Assembly: GCA_051251855.1 (NCBI GenBank)
Contig: JBPOGI010000002.1
Span: 608,001 to 672,000 of the forward strand
Direction: 5' to 3'
Length of the DNA stretch: 64,000 bases
DNA from: Roseibacillus sp.
Lineage (GTDB): Bacteria; Verrucomicrobiota; Verrucomicrobiia; Verrucomicrobiales; Akkermansiaceae
Shown here: piece after piece, positions 1-9,981 of the stretch
How positions within the stretch are numbered: the stretch's first letter is position 1
How the letters are laid out: every line of letters starts with the position of its first letter
The notes under the pieces: model-generated
What the model saw: only the letters and a program-made list of their open reading frames with translations
Databases searched by the model: none
What the model was told of the DNA's origin: nothing
Made by a program: the position numbers and the translations under genes

Positions 1-2
1 AA

Positions 3-161
3 ACGGCTAAGAATGATCAGTTTGTAGGACGGTGTTTTGTAGAGTTGGCTGCAGAGTTAGATGCTAGAAACGAAGAAGCGGTCTATGACTCTGAAATTCA
101 AAAGCTTGACGAGGAAGATGTCGATTGGTCGGTATTTGTGACGTCAGCAAAAACGGAGTAA
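3..161 (+). CDS. 3' end of hypothetical protein (partial, runs off the window)
   Basis: Frame open from the window edge: TAKNDQFVGRCFVELAAELDARNEEAVYDSEIQKLDEEDVDWSVFVTSAKTE*, TAA at 159-161. Confidence 0.6.
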   Translation, partial: TAKNDQFVGRCFVELAAELDARNEEAVYDSEIQKLDEEDVDWSVFVTSAKTE

Positions 162-207
162 AGTATCGCTGCCCCGTTTCTAATCGATAGCACCGACGGA
201 GTGCTTG

Positions 208-570
208 TTAGGACCCGGTGATTCGGAGTCCTGACCAGACCGCGAGGACTCCTGGGATGACTGAAGCGAGAATGTTGAGGAGCCCGAGGGAGGCGTCACC
301 ACTTCTCATGAGAGAGAGGCTGTCGTTGGCGAAGGTGGAAAATGTGGTGAATCCTCCAAGAAATCCGATGATGAGGAGGGGACCGAACCAGTCGGGGACT
401 GTCTTGCTGGCATATCCAGCGGCCACTCCGATGAGGAAGCAGCCGATGAGGTTGCAAGTGAGGATGCCCCACGGAAATTTGATTCCCCAAAGGTCAGTGA
501 TCGCTTTGGTGAGGGCAAAGCGAGAGACGGCTCCCAAGCCCCCTCCCAGAAAGACGAGGAGAAAGTTCAC
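208..570 (-). CDS. crcB: Fluoride efflux channel FluC/CrcB
   Basis: GGGLGAVSRF, FPWGILTCNLIGCF and GFLGGFTTFSTF motifs; 4 TM segments; GTG start overlaps the trpF stop. Confidence 0.95.
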   Translation of the reverse strand: MNFLLVFLGGGLGAVSRFALTKAITDLWGIKFPWGILTCNLIGCFLIGVAAGYASKTVPDWFGPLLIIGFLGGFTTFSTFANDSLSLMRSGDASLGLLNILASVIPGVLAVWSGLRITGS

Positions 571-1262
571 GGCTGGGTTGGAGGTTGGGTTGCTGCTTGG
601 AGAGCGGCGACTTTGACGAAGTCCTTGATTCCGGGAGCGCTTTCAGCGCCTGAGGCAATATCAAGGGCTGCAGGCTTGGCGATCGTTGCAGCTTCGGCAG
701 CGTTCTCGGGTATGATCCCTCCTGCGAGTAGAACGGGTAGTGGCGAGAGTTGGATGAATTCAGCGGCTTGATTCCAATCGATGGTTTCGCCTGTGCCGCC
801 ATAGACTCCCGGAGCATGAGCATCGAGGAGGAGGGCGAGGGTGCCTCCGCTCTTTTGGGAGAGAGCCTGATAGTGGCCGATGACGGCTGCGAGGTTGTCA
901 TCGGGCTTCAAGGCTAAGGAGCGAATTACGGGGACGCCGCTTGTAAGAAATTCTGCCAACTCTTCATCATCTTCGTCGCCATGCAGTTGGATGGCATCGA
1001 GTGCTCCTTTGAATACGAGCTCGGGAGCGACTTGGCGTGCATTGTTGACGAAGACACCCACACGGACGATTTTGCCCGCAAGTCCGGGCAGAAAGGTGAG
1101 GGCGTCTTCGGCGGGGCAGTAACGTTTGGACTGAGGCCAGAAGTTGATGCCAAGGGCTGAAACCTTTAGTTGGGCCAATTTTTCGGCATCGCTGGGATTA
1201 GTGACACCACATATTTTGAGAGAAGGGTCTGCTGAGGAGAGAAATGACTGAAGTCCGTCCAT
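567..1262 (-). CDS. trpF: Phosphoribosylanthranilate isomerase
   Basis: LKICGVT, QLHGDE, LLDA..GGTG.TIDW, LAGGI.PEN and DIASGAESAPGIKD motifs; ATG at 1262 preferred to TTG at 1268. Confidence 0.93.
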   Translation of the reverse strand: MDGLQSFLSSADPSLKICGVTNPSDAEKLAQLKVSALGINFWPQSKRYCPAEDALTFLPGLAGKIVRVGVFVNNARQVAPELVFKGALDAIQLHGDEDDEELAEFLTSGVPVIRSLALKPDDNLAAVIGHYQALSQKSGGTLALLLDAHAPGVYGGTGETIDWNQAAEFIQLSPLPVLLAGGIIPENAAEAATIAKPAALDIASGAESAPGIKDFVKVAALQAATQPPTQP

Positions 1263-1304
1263 GCGCAAAGAGTGAATCCGAAGAGCGGGGAGTCACTCCT
1301 TTTT

Positions 1305-1784
1305 TCAGCTCGCTTTAAGAAAGCGAAGGTAGTCTTTCTTGCCGATCTCTTTGGAGTCGTTTTCGGCAATGAGGACGAGGTCGTTCTCTAGCTTTGAAAA
1401 GCGGAGGACGAAGTGGTCGTTGGCGGCATTGATGTGGAGAGTAGCAGGAGCGCGTCCAACACCAGGCTTGGAGTGCCAAGCAATGGGGCCATCGATGTGG
1501 CGTCCACCAAGAATAAAATTGGCGTGGCCTCCACCCCAGGCTTCGAGATTGATTCCAGCACGTCGACCGGAGGTTCCTAGAGAACTGGAGACAAGGCCGG
1601 TGGAGCGGGGGCTTAGGGCCCATGAGCCTATAATTTCGTTTTTTGAAACAGAATTGAGGAGGACGATATTAAGCTCTGTGAACTGGTGTTGAGGGGAGGA
1701 ATCCGAGGGTTTGATCTCGTTAATGTATGGGTACACCATGTAGCCAGCGACAGCGCAGGGGGTGAAAAACATGAGGAACCGCAT
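1305..1784 (-). CDS. Hypothetical protein with N-terminal hydrophobic anchor
   Basis: 159-aa ORF filling the gap, co-oriented with trpF; N-terminal TM or signal segment. Confidence 0.6.
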   Translation of the reverse strand: MRFLMFFTPCAVAGYMVYPYINEIKPSDSSPQHQFTELNIVLLNSVSKNEIIGSWALSPRSTGLVSSSLGTSGRRAGINLEAWGGGHANFILGGRHIDGPIAWHSKPGVGRAPATLHINAANDHFVLRFSKLENDLVLIAENDSKEIGKKDYLRFLKAS

Positions 1785-1926
1785 AGTGAAAAAGAAGTAG
1801 CTGGAGAACTTTTCGCTTATTTTGTCTATTAAGACAAGGAAATATTTTGACTAACTTGATATTTCTGATGAATCGCGGACTTTGAAAAGTCTTGTGAGGG
1901 GGGCGAAATGACCTCCAAATGGCGGG

Positions 1927-4776
1927 GTGGAGATGATTCGGATTCGGGGAGCACGACAGCATAACCTGCAGGGTGTAGACGTGGATTTGCCTCGCGGAAA
2001 GCTGGTAGTGATTACGGGGCCAAGTGGCAGCGGGAAGTCGAGTTTGGCCTTCCACACTCTCTATGCAGAGGGCCAAAGGCGTTACGTAGAGAGCCTTTCG
2101 GCCTATGCTAGGCAATTCTTGGACCAATTTGAGAAGCCGGATGTGGATTCGATCGAGGGGCTGAGTCCTGCCATTGCGATCGAGCAACGGGGAGGGCGGG
2201 GGAATCCGCGGTCCACCATCGCGACTGCGACGGAGATTCATGATTATCTACGGATTCTTTTTGCTGGGGCGGGTATTCCGCATGATCCGGAAACGGGAGT
2301 GCGTCTGGAAAAAATGACTGCGGCGGAGGTGGGGAGTCGTCTGATGGCTGAGCCTGAGGGGAGTAAGGTGATTCTATTAGCGCCCTTGCCGACAGCGGCG
2401 GGGGCGGATGCGGAGGGGTTAGCAGAGGATTTACGAAGGCAAGGGTTTGTCCGTTTGCGAATGAATGGGGAGATTCGAGAGCTGGACGATGGGGTGGCCG
2501 ATTGGCCTGCTCAGATAGAATCGCTAGAGGTGGTGGTGGATCGCTTTGTAGTGAAGCCGGGGGCGGAAAGTCGGCTCGCGGATTCGGTGGAGACGGCGTT
2601 ACAAATTTGTGGGCAGGAGACACGGGCGCTGGTGATGGCGAAGGGGGCAAAGGAGTGGGATGAGCGCTCGTTTTCGACCAGTTGGCGAAATCCAGAGAAC
2701 GGTTTTGAGCTCGGCGCTTTGTCGCCTCGGCGGTTTTCATTCAATTCACATGAGGGGGCGTGTCCGCTTTGCCACGGATTGGGAAGGGAACTGTTCTGTG
2801 ATCCTGACTTGGTGGTGCCGGATAAAAAAGTGAGCTTGGCAGAGGGTGCGGTGCGGATTTGGACCTCAGGCTCGGCGAAGCGCAAGGGGTGGAACCAGCT
2901 TCATATTGAGGCGTTGGCAAAGCACTATGGAGTCGATTTGGAGCTCCCTTTCGAGAAGTTACCTCAGACGTTTGTACAGGCGCTTTTTTATGGGACAGGC
3001 GAGGAGACGATTGCGGTGGTGTGGGAAAAGGATGGTGACACGCGCAACTTTGAGAAGCCATTTGAAGGTATCTGTCGGCAAGTGGTGAGGCTTTATCGTG
3101 ATACCGAGAGTGAAGGGGTGAAGCGAACGGTGGGTCGGTTCATGACTTGGCAAAAGTGCGGAGCGTGCCAAGGGGACCGCTTGCGGCCGGAGCTATTGGC
3201 GGTGAAGCTTTTTTCGAAAGAGGATGGTGGGGGGCTGGGAATTGCGGATTTTTGTCGGCTGGATATTAAGAGCGCGAGCGAGTGGTTGGAAGAGCTAGAG
3301 CTTTCTGAGGACCGTGAGCAGGCTCTCAAGTCAGTGGCGGTCGAGATTGCGAAGCGGTTGCGATTTCTTCGGGAAGTGGGGCTGGATTACCTCACGCTAG
3401 ACCGCACGAGTGGAACCTTGAGCGGAGGGGAGTCGCAAAGGATTCGGCTGGCGACGCAATTGGGTGCAGGGCTGGCTGGCGTGCTCTATGTGCTGGATGA
3501 ACCAAGCATCGGGTTGCATCCGAGGGATAACCAGCGGCTCATTGGCGCTCTCAAGCGACTGCGTGATCTGGGAAATACGGTGGTGGTGGTGGAGCATGAT
3601 GAGGAGATGATTCGGGAGGCTGATTGGGTGGTGGATGTGGGCCCGGAAGCAGGGGTGGGGGGTGGAAAGATTCTTTTTTCTGGGACGGTGCCAGCAATGC
3701 TCAAGTCCAAGGAGTCGGTGACGGGGACTTGGTTGCGGGAAGCGGTGGCTCCCGATACTTCGCGAGTAAAAGAGACTGCCGATGAGGTGCTTCGTATTGT
3801 GGGGGCTCGGGAGAACAATCTTCAGAACATTGATGTGGTCATTCCGCTACATCAGATGGTGGCGGTTACGGGGCCGAGTGGAAGCGGAAAGTCCACGCTG
3901 GTGAACACGATTCTAAAGCGCGCGCTGTCGCGGCAGTTTCATAATGCGACTGAGGTGCCTGGAGCGCACGAAGGCATTGAAGGCATGGACTTGTTAGGAA
4001 AGGTGGTTATCGTGGATCAGAGCGCCTTGGGGAAAAGCCCTCGCTCCAATCCGGCGACCTATACCGGGGTTTTTGATGAGATGCGTAAGCTCTTTGCGAA
4101 GCTGCCGGTGTCGAAGCAGCGGGGCTATCAAGCGGGGAGGTTTTCCTTCAACGTGAAAGGTGGGCGCTGCGAGAAGTGTCAGGGTGGCGGGGCGATTAAG
4201 ATTGATATGCACTTTCTAAGCGATGTCTGGGTGCCTTGCGAGTCGTGCCATGGACGTCGATACAACCGAGAGACTTTGGAAGTGACCTTTAAGGGGAAAT
4301 CGATTGCGGATTTGTTGGCGATGCAATGTGATGAGGCGCGGGTGTTCTTTGAAAATGTGCCCAAGATTCATCGCGTGATGGAGGCGCTGTGTGATGTGGG
4401 GTTGGGATATCTGCAGTTGGGGCAAGCTGCGAATACGCTTTCGGGAGGGGAAGCGCAGCGAGTGAAATTGGCGACGGAACTCGCAAAGCCGAAAGCGCCT
4501 CATACTTTGTTTCTGTTAGATGAGCCGACGACGGGATTGCACTTTCGAGATGTGGAAGTGCTGCTCGGTGTCTTGCGACGGCTGCGGGGGGAAGGGCATT
4601 CTCTGATTGTGATCGAGCATCACCTCGATGTCATTGCTGCCGCAGACCATGTGATTGATCTGGGCCCAAGCGGTGGAAGTGAGGGCGGCCAGTTGGTGGC
4701 GGTGGGATCGCCGGAGGAAGTCGCGAAGAACAAGGGGTCGGTAACGGGGGATTTTCTCGCGCAGCGGATTTTTTAG
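1927..4776 (+). CDS. uvrA: Excinuclease ABC subunit A
   Basis: GARQHNL, two Walker A motifs (GPSGSGKS), LSGGESQRIRLATQ and LSGGEAQRVKLA, two intact CxxC..CxxC Zn sites. Confidence 0.97.
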   Translation: MEMIRIRGARQHNLQGVDVDLPRGKLVVITGPSGSGKSSLAFHTLYAEGQRRYVESLSAYARQFLDQFEKPDVDSIEGLSPAIAIEQRGGRGNPRSTIATATEIHDYLRILFAGAGIPHDPETGVRLEKMTAAEVGSRLMAEPEGSKVILLAPLPTAAGADAEGLAEDLRRQGFVRLRMNGEIRELDDGVADWPAQIESLEVVVDRFVVKPGAESRLADSVETALQICGQETRALVMAKGAKEWDERSFSTSWRNPENGFELGALSPRRFSFNSHEGACPLCHGLGRELFCDPDLVVPDKKVSLAEGAVRIWTSGSAKRKGWNQLHIEALAKHYGVDLELPFEKLPQTFVQALFYGTGEETIAVVWEKDGDTRNFEKPFEGICRQVVRLYRDTESEGVKRTVGRFMTWQKCGACQGDRLRPELLAVKLFSKEDGGGLGIADFCRLDIKSASEWLEELELSEDREQALKSVAVEIAKRLRFLREVGLDYLTLDRTSGTLSGGESQRIRLATQLGAGLAGVLYVLDEPSIGLHPRDNQRLIGALKRLRDLGNTVVVVEHDEEMIREADWVVDVGPEAGVGGGKILFSGTVPAMLKSKESVTGTWLREAVAPDTSRVKETADEVLRIVGARENNLQNIDVVIPLHQMVAVTGPSGSGKSTLVNTILKRALSRQFHNATEVPGAHEGIEGMDLLGKVVIVDQSALGKSPRSNPATYTGVFDEMRKLFAKLPVSKQRGYQAGRFSFNVKGGRCEKCQGGGAIKIDMHFLSDVWVPCESCHGRRYNRETLEVTFKGKSIADLLAMQCDEARVFFENVPKIHRVMEALCDVGLGYLQLGQAANTLSGGEAQRVKLATELAKPKAPHTLFLLDEPTTGLHFRDVEVLLGVLRRLRGEGHSLIVIEHHLDVIAAADHVIDLGPSGGSEGGQLVAVGSPEEVAKNKGSVTGDFLAQRIF

Positions 4777-4822
4777 GTGGGGAACTCCTTGAGTTTTTCC
4801 TCTCCAATAGGTAAAAAATTGC

Positions 4823-5533
4823 GTGATTCGACTGATTTATTTTTTCTCTTTCTTGTCCTTTTTAGAGGCTGCACCAAGGGTCGAATTTGAGAGTGTGCAA
4901 GGCAATACTGAGGTGACCATCTCGGAAGATTTATCGTTCACTGTTTCTCGGCCTTTGGGGTTCCAGGATGATCTCGTCGACTTTGTCTTTGTGGACGCTT
5001 ATTCGAGTTCGCAAGGTTTTGGCTCCGATGATTGTCATGTGGCTGGATTTCAAGGGGCTCAACCTCAAATCCGCATCAACGATGTCCTTGCCAGTGGACT
5101 CGTCGTGCTTTTGAGATGCCCCGAGGTTGATGTGGCAGCTACCGACGCTAAGATTTCAATTCTTCTTCCATCAGATATTTCGTTGGAGCTTGATGATGTG
5201 GTGAGCCTCTCGGCGGGCACTTATACGACTAGCTCGGAGCCGGTAGGAGGGCTTCCGTTGCCTGCCACTCCAGACCGTGAGGTGGAAACGGCCTTCCTGG
5301 CGCTTGAGAACGATAGGGTCTCGGAGAATCTCTCTTTAGGAGGTGACGGTGTCGCTCCCATTTTTGTCTCGATTGAGTCTCTGGCGGCGCAACCTCATGT
5401 CTTGGAGGTCGAGTTTTCAGGAGTTTTGGAATCTTCTTCCGATCTGGAAGGCTGGACGGTTTTGGACCCGCAGCCTACTTCGCCTTTTCAGATAACGACG
5501 GAGGACCCCGCGAGGTTCTTCCGAGTGAGATGA
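4823..5533 (+). CDS. Secreted hypothetical protein with C-terminal 'ESSSDLxxW...FFRVR' module
   Basis: Signal-peptide-like N-terminus; C-terminus resembles other secreted proteins in the window. Confidence 0.75.
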   Translation: MIRLIYFFSFLSFLEAAPRVEFESVQGNTEVTISEDLSFTVSRPLGFQDDLVDFVFVDAYSSSQGFGSDDCHVAGFQGAQPQIRINDVLASGLVVLLRCPEVDVAATDAKISILLPSDISLELDDVVSLSAGTYTTSSEPVGGLPLPATPDREVETAFLALENDRVSENLSLGGDGVAPIFVSIESLAAQPHVLEVEFSGVLESSSDLEGWTVLDPQPTSPFQITTEDPARFFRVR

Positions 5534-5760
5534 GGTAGTCCCGAGTTGCTTCGGAAACGGGCAGGCCTACCCTCAACGATCAGCGATGAAAGGTTGCGGC
5601 TTGAAAAGACCACGCTCCTGAGCCTGCGGTCCCTGTTCTCGATAATTCTTTGAACACAGTGCATTCGTCTGAAGTCGACCTTCCTGCGAGTTTTCATGCT
5701 GCCAACTGTGACAGCCATTGAAATTGAACAAATAGGCTGAGGGGCTCAGCTTTCGGGGAG

Positions 5761-7818
5761 ATGTTACGGTCTTTAATGACGGTGTCGGGCTTTACCTTGG
5801 TAAGCCGACTATTGGGTTTCTTACGCGATATTATGATCGCTCGCTTTTTGGGCACTGGATTGGTGGCTGATGCCTTCTTTGCTGCTTTCCGTTTTCCCAA
5901 TCTCTTTCGGCGCATTTTTGGGGAGGGAGCGTTCAATGCTGCGTTTGTGCCCTTGTTTGGAAAGAAAGTCATCGATGACCGCGAGGAGGGGATACACTTT
6001 GCGAGCAAGGCCTTTTCAATGCTGTTGCTGGTGTTGGGTGTTTTTACGCTGGTAGCGATTCCATTGATGCCGCTTTTGATGAACTTGGTAGTGCCGGGCT
6101 TTAAGGCGCGGGATGTCGATCCGAGCTTTTTTGGTAAAAAAACGGAAATTGTTCTCAGTGAGAAGCCGCAGACGATTGAGGTGGGGACGAAGGGGGCGCG
6201 GGCGATGTATCTCGAGATGGCCAAGAAGGGGGAGGTGAAGATTCACGAGATTGTTTACGAGACCGAAAAGAAGACTTTCAAGAGTCTCTTCGGCTCGAAG
6301 GGCGAGACGACGCCGGTGGTTCTGAAGGGTCCGATTTCGGTGGGTGAGGCGGAAGGGAAAACCCGAGAAACTTTGCTGGGGCCTTGGACAGTGAGCATCC
6401 CTGAGGGACTCAAGGGGGATGCTGCGAAAGAGTTTCGCAAAGATGCCGACGAGAAGCTGGCGATAGCAAAGCGGGATAATTTTGTCCTGGAGGGTTTGGC
6501 TTGGGACGGAGAAGGTTTTCAGGGGAAAGAGGGGGCAGAGGTCTTTAAATTTGGGCGTCCTTCGGGTAAAGCTGGCAAGGGGTTTGGTTGGTTCTCGGTG
6601 AAAATGTCGGGGAAGGGGTCGGTGAAGATCTTTCGCAACGACCCAGGCACTTTTGACAAGACGGTTAAGCTGACGCGCATCATGTTCATCTACTTGTTGT
6701 GCATGGCTCTAGCGGCGCATCTCAGCGGGGTTCTGAATACCTTTAATATCTTCGGAATGCCGGCTGCGGCTCCGATTATTCTGAATTTGGTTTTTCTGAT
6801 TTCGCTCGGGTTTGTGGGTTGGAGAGGTTGGCTGCCAGGTGAGACCTTGGCATGGGGAGTGGCGATTGCAGGCTTCCTCCAGCTTGGGGCTCTGTGGTGG
6901 ACGTGTTGGAAGAAGGGGGCGCCGATCAAGGTCATCCGTCCCAAGATGGACCCTGAGATGAAGAAGCTTTTTTTGCTGATGGGTCCCGGAGTGGCAGCGG
7001 CGAGTGTGCAGCAGATTAACCTCTTGATTGGTGGCGTCATTGCTTCCTTCCAGCCAGGAGCGGTTTCCTTTCTATACTACTCGGATCGCGTCTATCAGTT
7101 GCCTCTCGGTATGATTGGTATTGCGCTGGGAGTGGTTCTGTTGCCGGAGGTGACGCGCCAGTTGCGTGGTGGGATGGAGCGACAAGCAGGCAAGACCATC
7201 ACCCGTGGTATCGAACTCGGAATGCTCCTCACCTTGCCCGCTGCTGTGGCGATGATGGTGGTGCCGACGGAGTTGATTGCGGGTCTCTTTCAGCGTGGTG
7301 AATTCGTGCGTGCTGATGCGATTCAAACGGGTAAGGCGCTCGCGGCCTTTGGAATTGGCTTACCCGGCTATGTCCTTATTAAAGTTCTTCAACCTGGTTA
7401 CTTCGCGAAAGGAGACACCAAGAATCCAATGCGAATGGCGATTATTATGGTGTCTGTGAACATTGTGGTGAGCCTTCTCCTCTTTCCTTGGCTTGGTCAC
7501 GTCGGTCTTGCAATTGCGACTTCGGTGGCGGCTTGGGTGAACGTCTTTATGCTTTGGAAAGGCCTGAATGGGTTCGTGACTATGAGTGAAGGCACGGTCT
7601 TCAAGTTGGGTCGCATGGTGTTGGCCAGTGTCCTGATGGGAGTGGTGCTCTTCTTCGCAGCGAAGGGGTTGGCTCCTTGGTTCGAGGCGGGTGCGTTTCA
7701 GCGAATCGTAGCAATGGTCATTCTGGTTGGGACAGGGGCTTCGGCCTTTGGAGCGCTGGCGATTTTCCTACGTGCGACCAGTGTGACTGATTTGAAGGCT
7801 GGATTTGGCCGTTCGTAA
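5761..7818 (+). CDS. murJ: Lipid II flippase MurJ (MviN) with large internal insertion
   Basis: SRLLGFLRD, ADAFFAAFRFPNLFRRIFGEGAFNAAFVP and YYSDRVYQLPLG motifs; 685 aa, longer than the usual ~510-520. Confidence 0.95.
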   Translation: MLRSLMTVSGFTLVSRLLGFLRDIMIARFLGTGLVADAFFAAFRFPNLFRRIFGEGAFNAAFVPLFGKKVIDDREEGIHFASKAFSMLLLVLGVFTLVAIPLMPLLMNLVVPGFKARDVDPSFFGKKTEIVLSEKPQTIEVGTKGARAMYLEMAKKGEVKIHEIVYETEKKTFKSLFGSKGETTPVVLKGPISVGEAEGKTRETLLGPWTVSIPEGLKGDAAKEFRKDADEKLAIAKRDNFVLEGLAWDGEGFQGKEGAEVFKFGRPSGKAGKGFGWFSVKMSGKGSVKIFRNDPGTFDKTVKLTRIMFIYLLCMALAAHLSGVLNTFNIFGMPAAAPIILNLVFLISLGFVGWRGWLPGETLAWGVAIAGFLQLGALWWTCWKKGAPIKVIRPKMDPEMKKLFLLMGPGVAAASVQQINLLIGGVIASFQPGAVSFLYYSDRVYQLPLGMIGIALGVVLLPEVTRQLRGGMERQAGKTITRGIELGMLLTLPAAVAMMVVPTELIAGLFQRGEFVRADAIQTGKALAAFGIGLPGYVLIKVLQPGYFAKGDTKNPMRMAIIMVSVNIVVSLLLFPWLGHVGLAIATSVAAWVNVFMLWKGLNGFVTMSEGTVFKLGRMVLASVLMGVVLFFAAKGLAPWFEAGAFQRIVAMVILVGTGASAFGALAIFLRATSVTDLKAGFGRS

Positions 7819-8024
7819 GCGAAGGCTTGAGTTAGGAAGGAAATTTTTGAGCTTTCCACACTCGGAGACTAGGGAGGAGGTATGTTTTTGGCAGGAAGAT
7901 CACTGAAATCATCCTTTAAGAATGGTTTCTTATGGTCGTTTTCCGCTTTTTGACCGCCTTAAGTCCTAAGGCGGTGTTGACGGTGGGGACCATGTTCGGT
8001 AAGTCGCGTGCGTTGGCGGACTAA

Positions 8025-9068
<1,044 letters not shown>

Positions 9069-9095
9069 GAGTTTCGAGTAGACAGATTTTTCAAG

Positions 9096-9126
9096 AACGG
9101 CGCGAGGTGACTCGCGTCGTTTTTTT
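9096..9126 (+). terminator. Intrinsic terminator after gap
   Basis: AACGGCGCGAG-GTGA-CTCGCGTCGTT stem followed by a T run. Confidence 0.85.
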
Positions 9127-9213
9127 GTGGGATTATGGCTCCTCAGGCCTTAGCTGGGTAAAGAATTTCATTTTTATCGAAATCTTTCACCCGCTTGCTA
9201 TGAACCAGGAGGA

Positions 9214-9927
9214 ATGACTTCTGAAGTGGAAGGGAACTTTCCACCTACCCGGTGGAGCTTGGTGTCGTCAAACGCTGATCAAGAGAATGAGGAGATCCTC
9301 TGTCAGCTGTATTGGCGGCCTATCTTCGTTCACCTCCGGCAGCGCGCTTGGTCACGGGAAGATGCCGAGGACCTTACCCAATCGTTTTTTCTCCGCCTGA
9401 CCTCTGATCACACATTTTTCAATGCGGATCAGAAAAAGGGCAAGTTGCGCACTTTTTTGCTGGGAGCACTCCAACGTCACTTGGCTGACCACTTGCGCTA
9501 TACCGGTCGGCAGAAACGCGGGGGCAATGCCGAACACCTTCCGCTGGCGATTTCAGATTCTGATTTTGAAGATGCCGAGCATCGCTATATCACCGCGGTT
9601 GATGATGGCGCCTCGCCCGAGGATGCCTTTGACCGAGTCTGGGCGAGGGACCTTCTGACCCGCACCCATCAACGAATCGCTAACGACTATGAGCGGGCGG
9701 GAAAGTTGTTGGAATATGAAACCCTGAAACCTGCGCTGACCGTGGAGGATTCCTTGGACACCGCAGCGGCGGGCAAGAGGCTTGGAATCAAGCAGTCCTC
9801 GGTCCGGGTCTTAGTGCATCGACTCCGGCAAAACTTCCGCGCCGCCCTCCGCGACGAGACCGCGCAAACTCTGAATTCAAGAGCCGATGTTGATAGCGAA
9901 CTCAGTCACTTGCGCGAGGTTTTCTGA
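9214..9927 (+). CDS. ECF sigma-70 factor of the kinase-associated type
   Basis: FPPTRWSLV N-terminus, LCQLYWRPI, DAEDLTQSFF (region 2), C-terminal HTH VRVLVHRLRQ; adjacent to a Ser/Thr kinase. Confidence 0.9.
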   Translation: MTSEVEGNFPPTRWSLVSSNADQENEEILCQLYWRPIFVHLRQRAWSREDAEDLTQSFFLRLTSDHTFFNADQKKGKLRTFLLGALQRHLADHLRYTGRQKRGGNAEHLPLAISDSDFEDAEHRYITAVDDGASPEDAFDRVWARDLLTRTHQRIANDYERAGKLLEYETLKPALTVEDSLDTAAAGKRLGIKQSSVRVLVHRLRQNFRAALRDETAQTLNSRADVDSELSHLREVF

Positions 9928-9933
9928 TTTTTT

Positions 9934-9962
9934 TGAAACGAATTCGGAAGGAAGGCGAAAGA
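9934..9962 (+). promoter_or_regulatory. Putative ECF promoter (TGAAACG-N15-CGAAAGA) upstream of the kinase
   Basis: Same bipartite motif and 15-nt spacer as the copies at 14225-14253 and 18530-18558. Confidence 0.65.
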
Positions 9963-9981
9963 CTAAGGAAAGAGAACTTGA

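Noticed and set aside
570..700. Fluoride riboswitch upstream of crcB
   Set aside because: The crcB start overlaps the trpF stop, leaving no leader, and no motif was recognised
5534..5760. Possible ncRNA between the secreted protein gene and murJ
   Set aside because: Only weak hairpins and no recognisable family signature; an Rfam search would be needed
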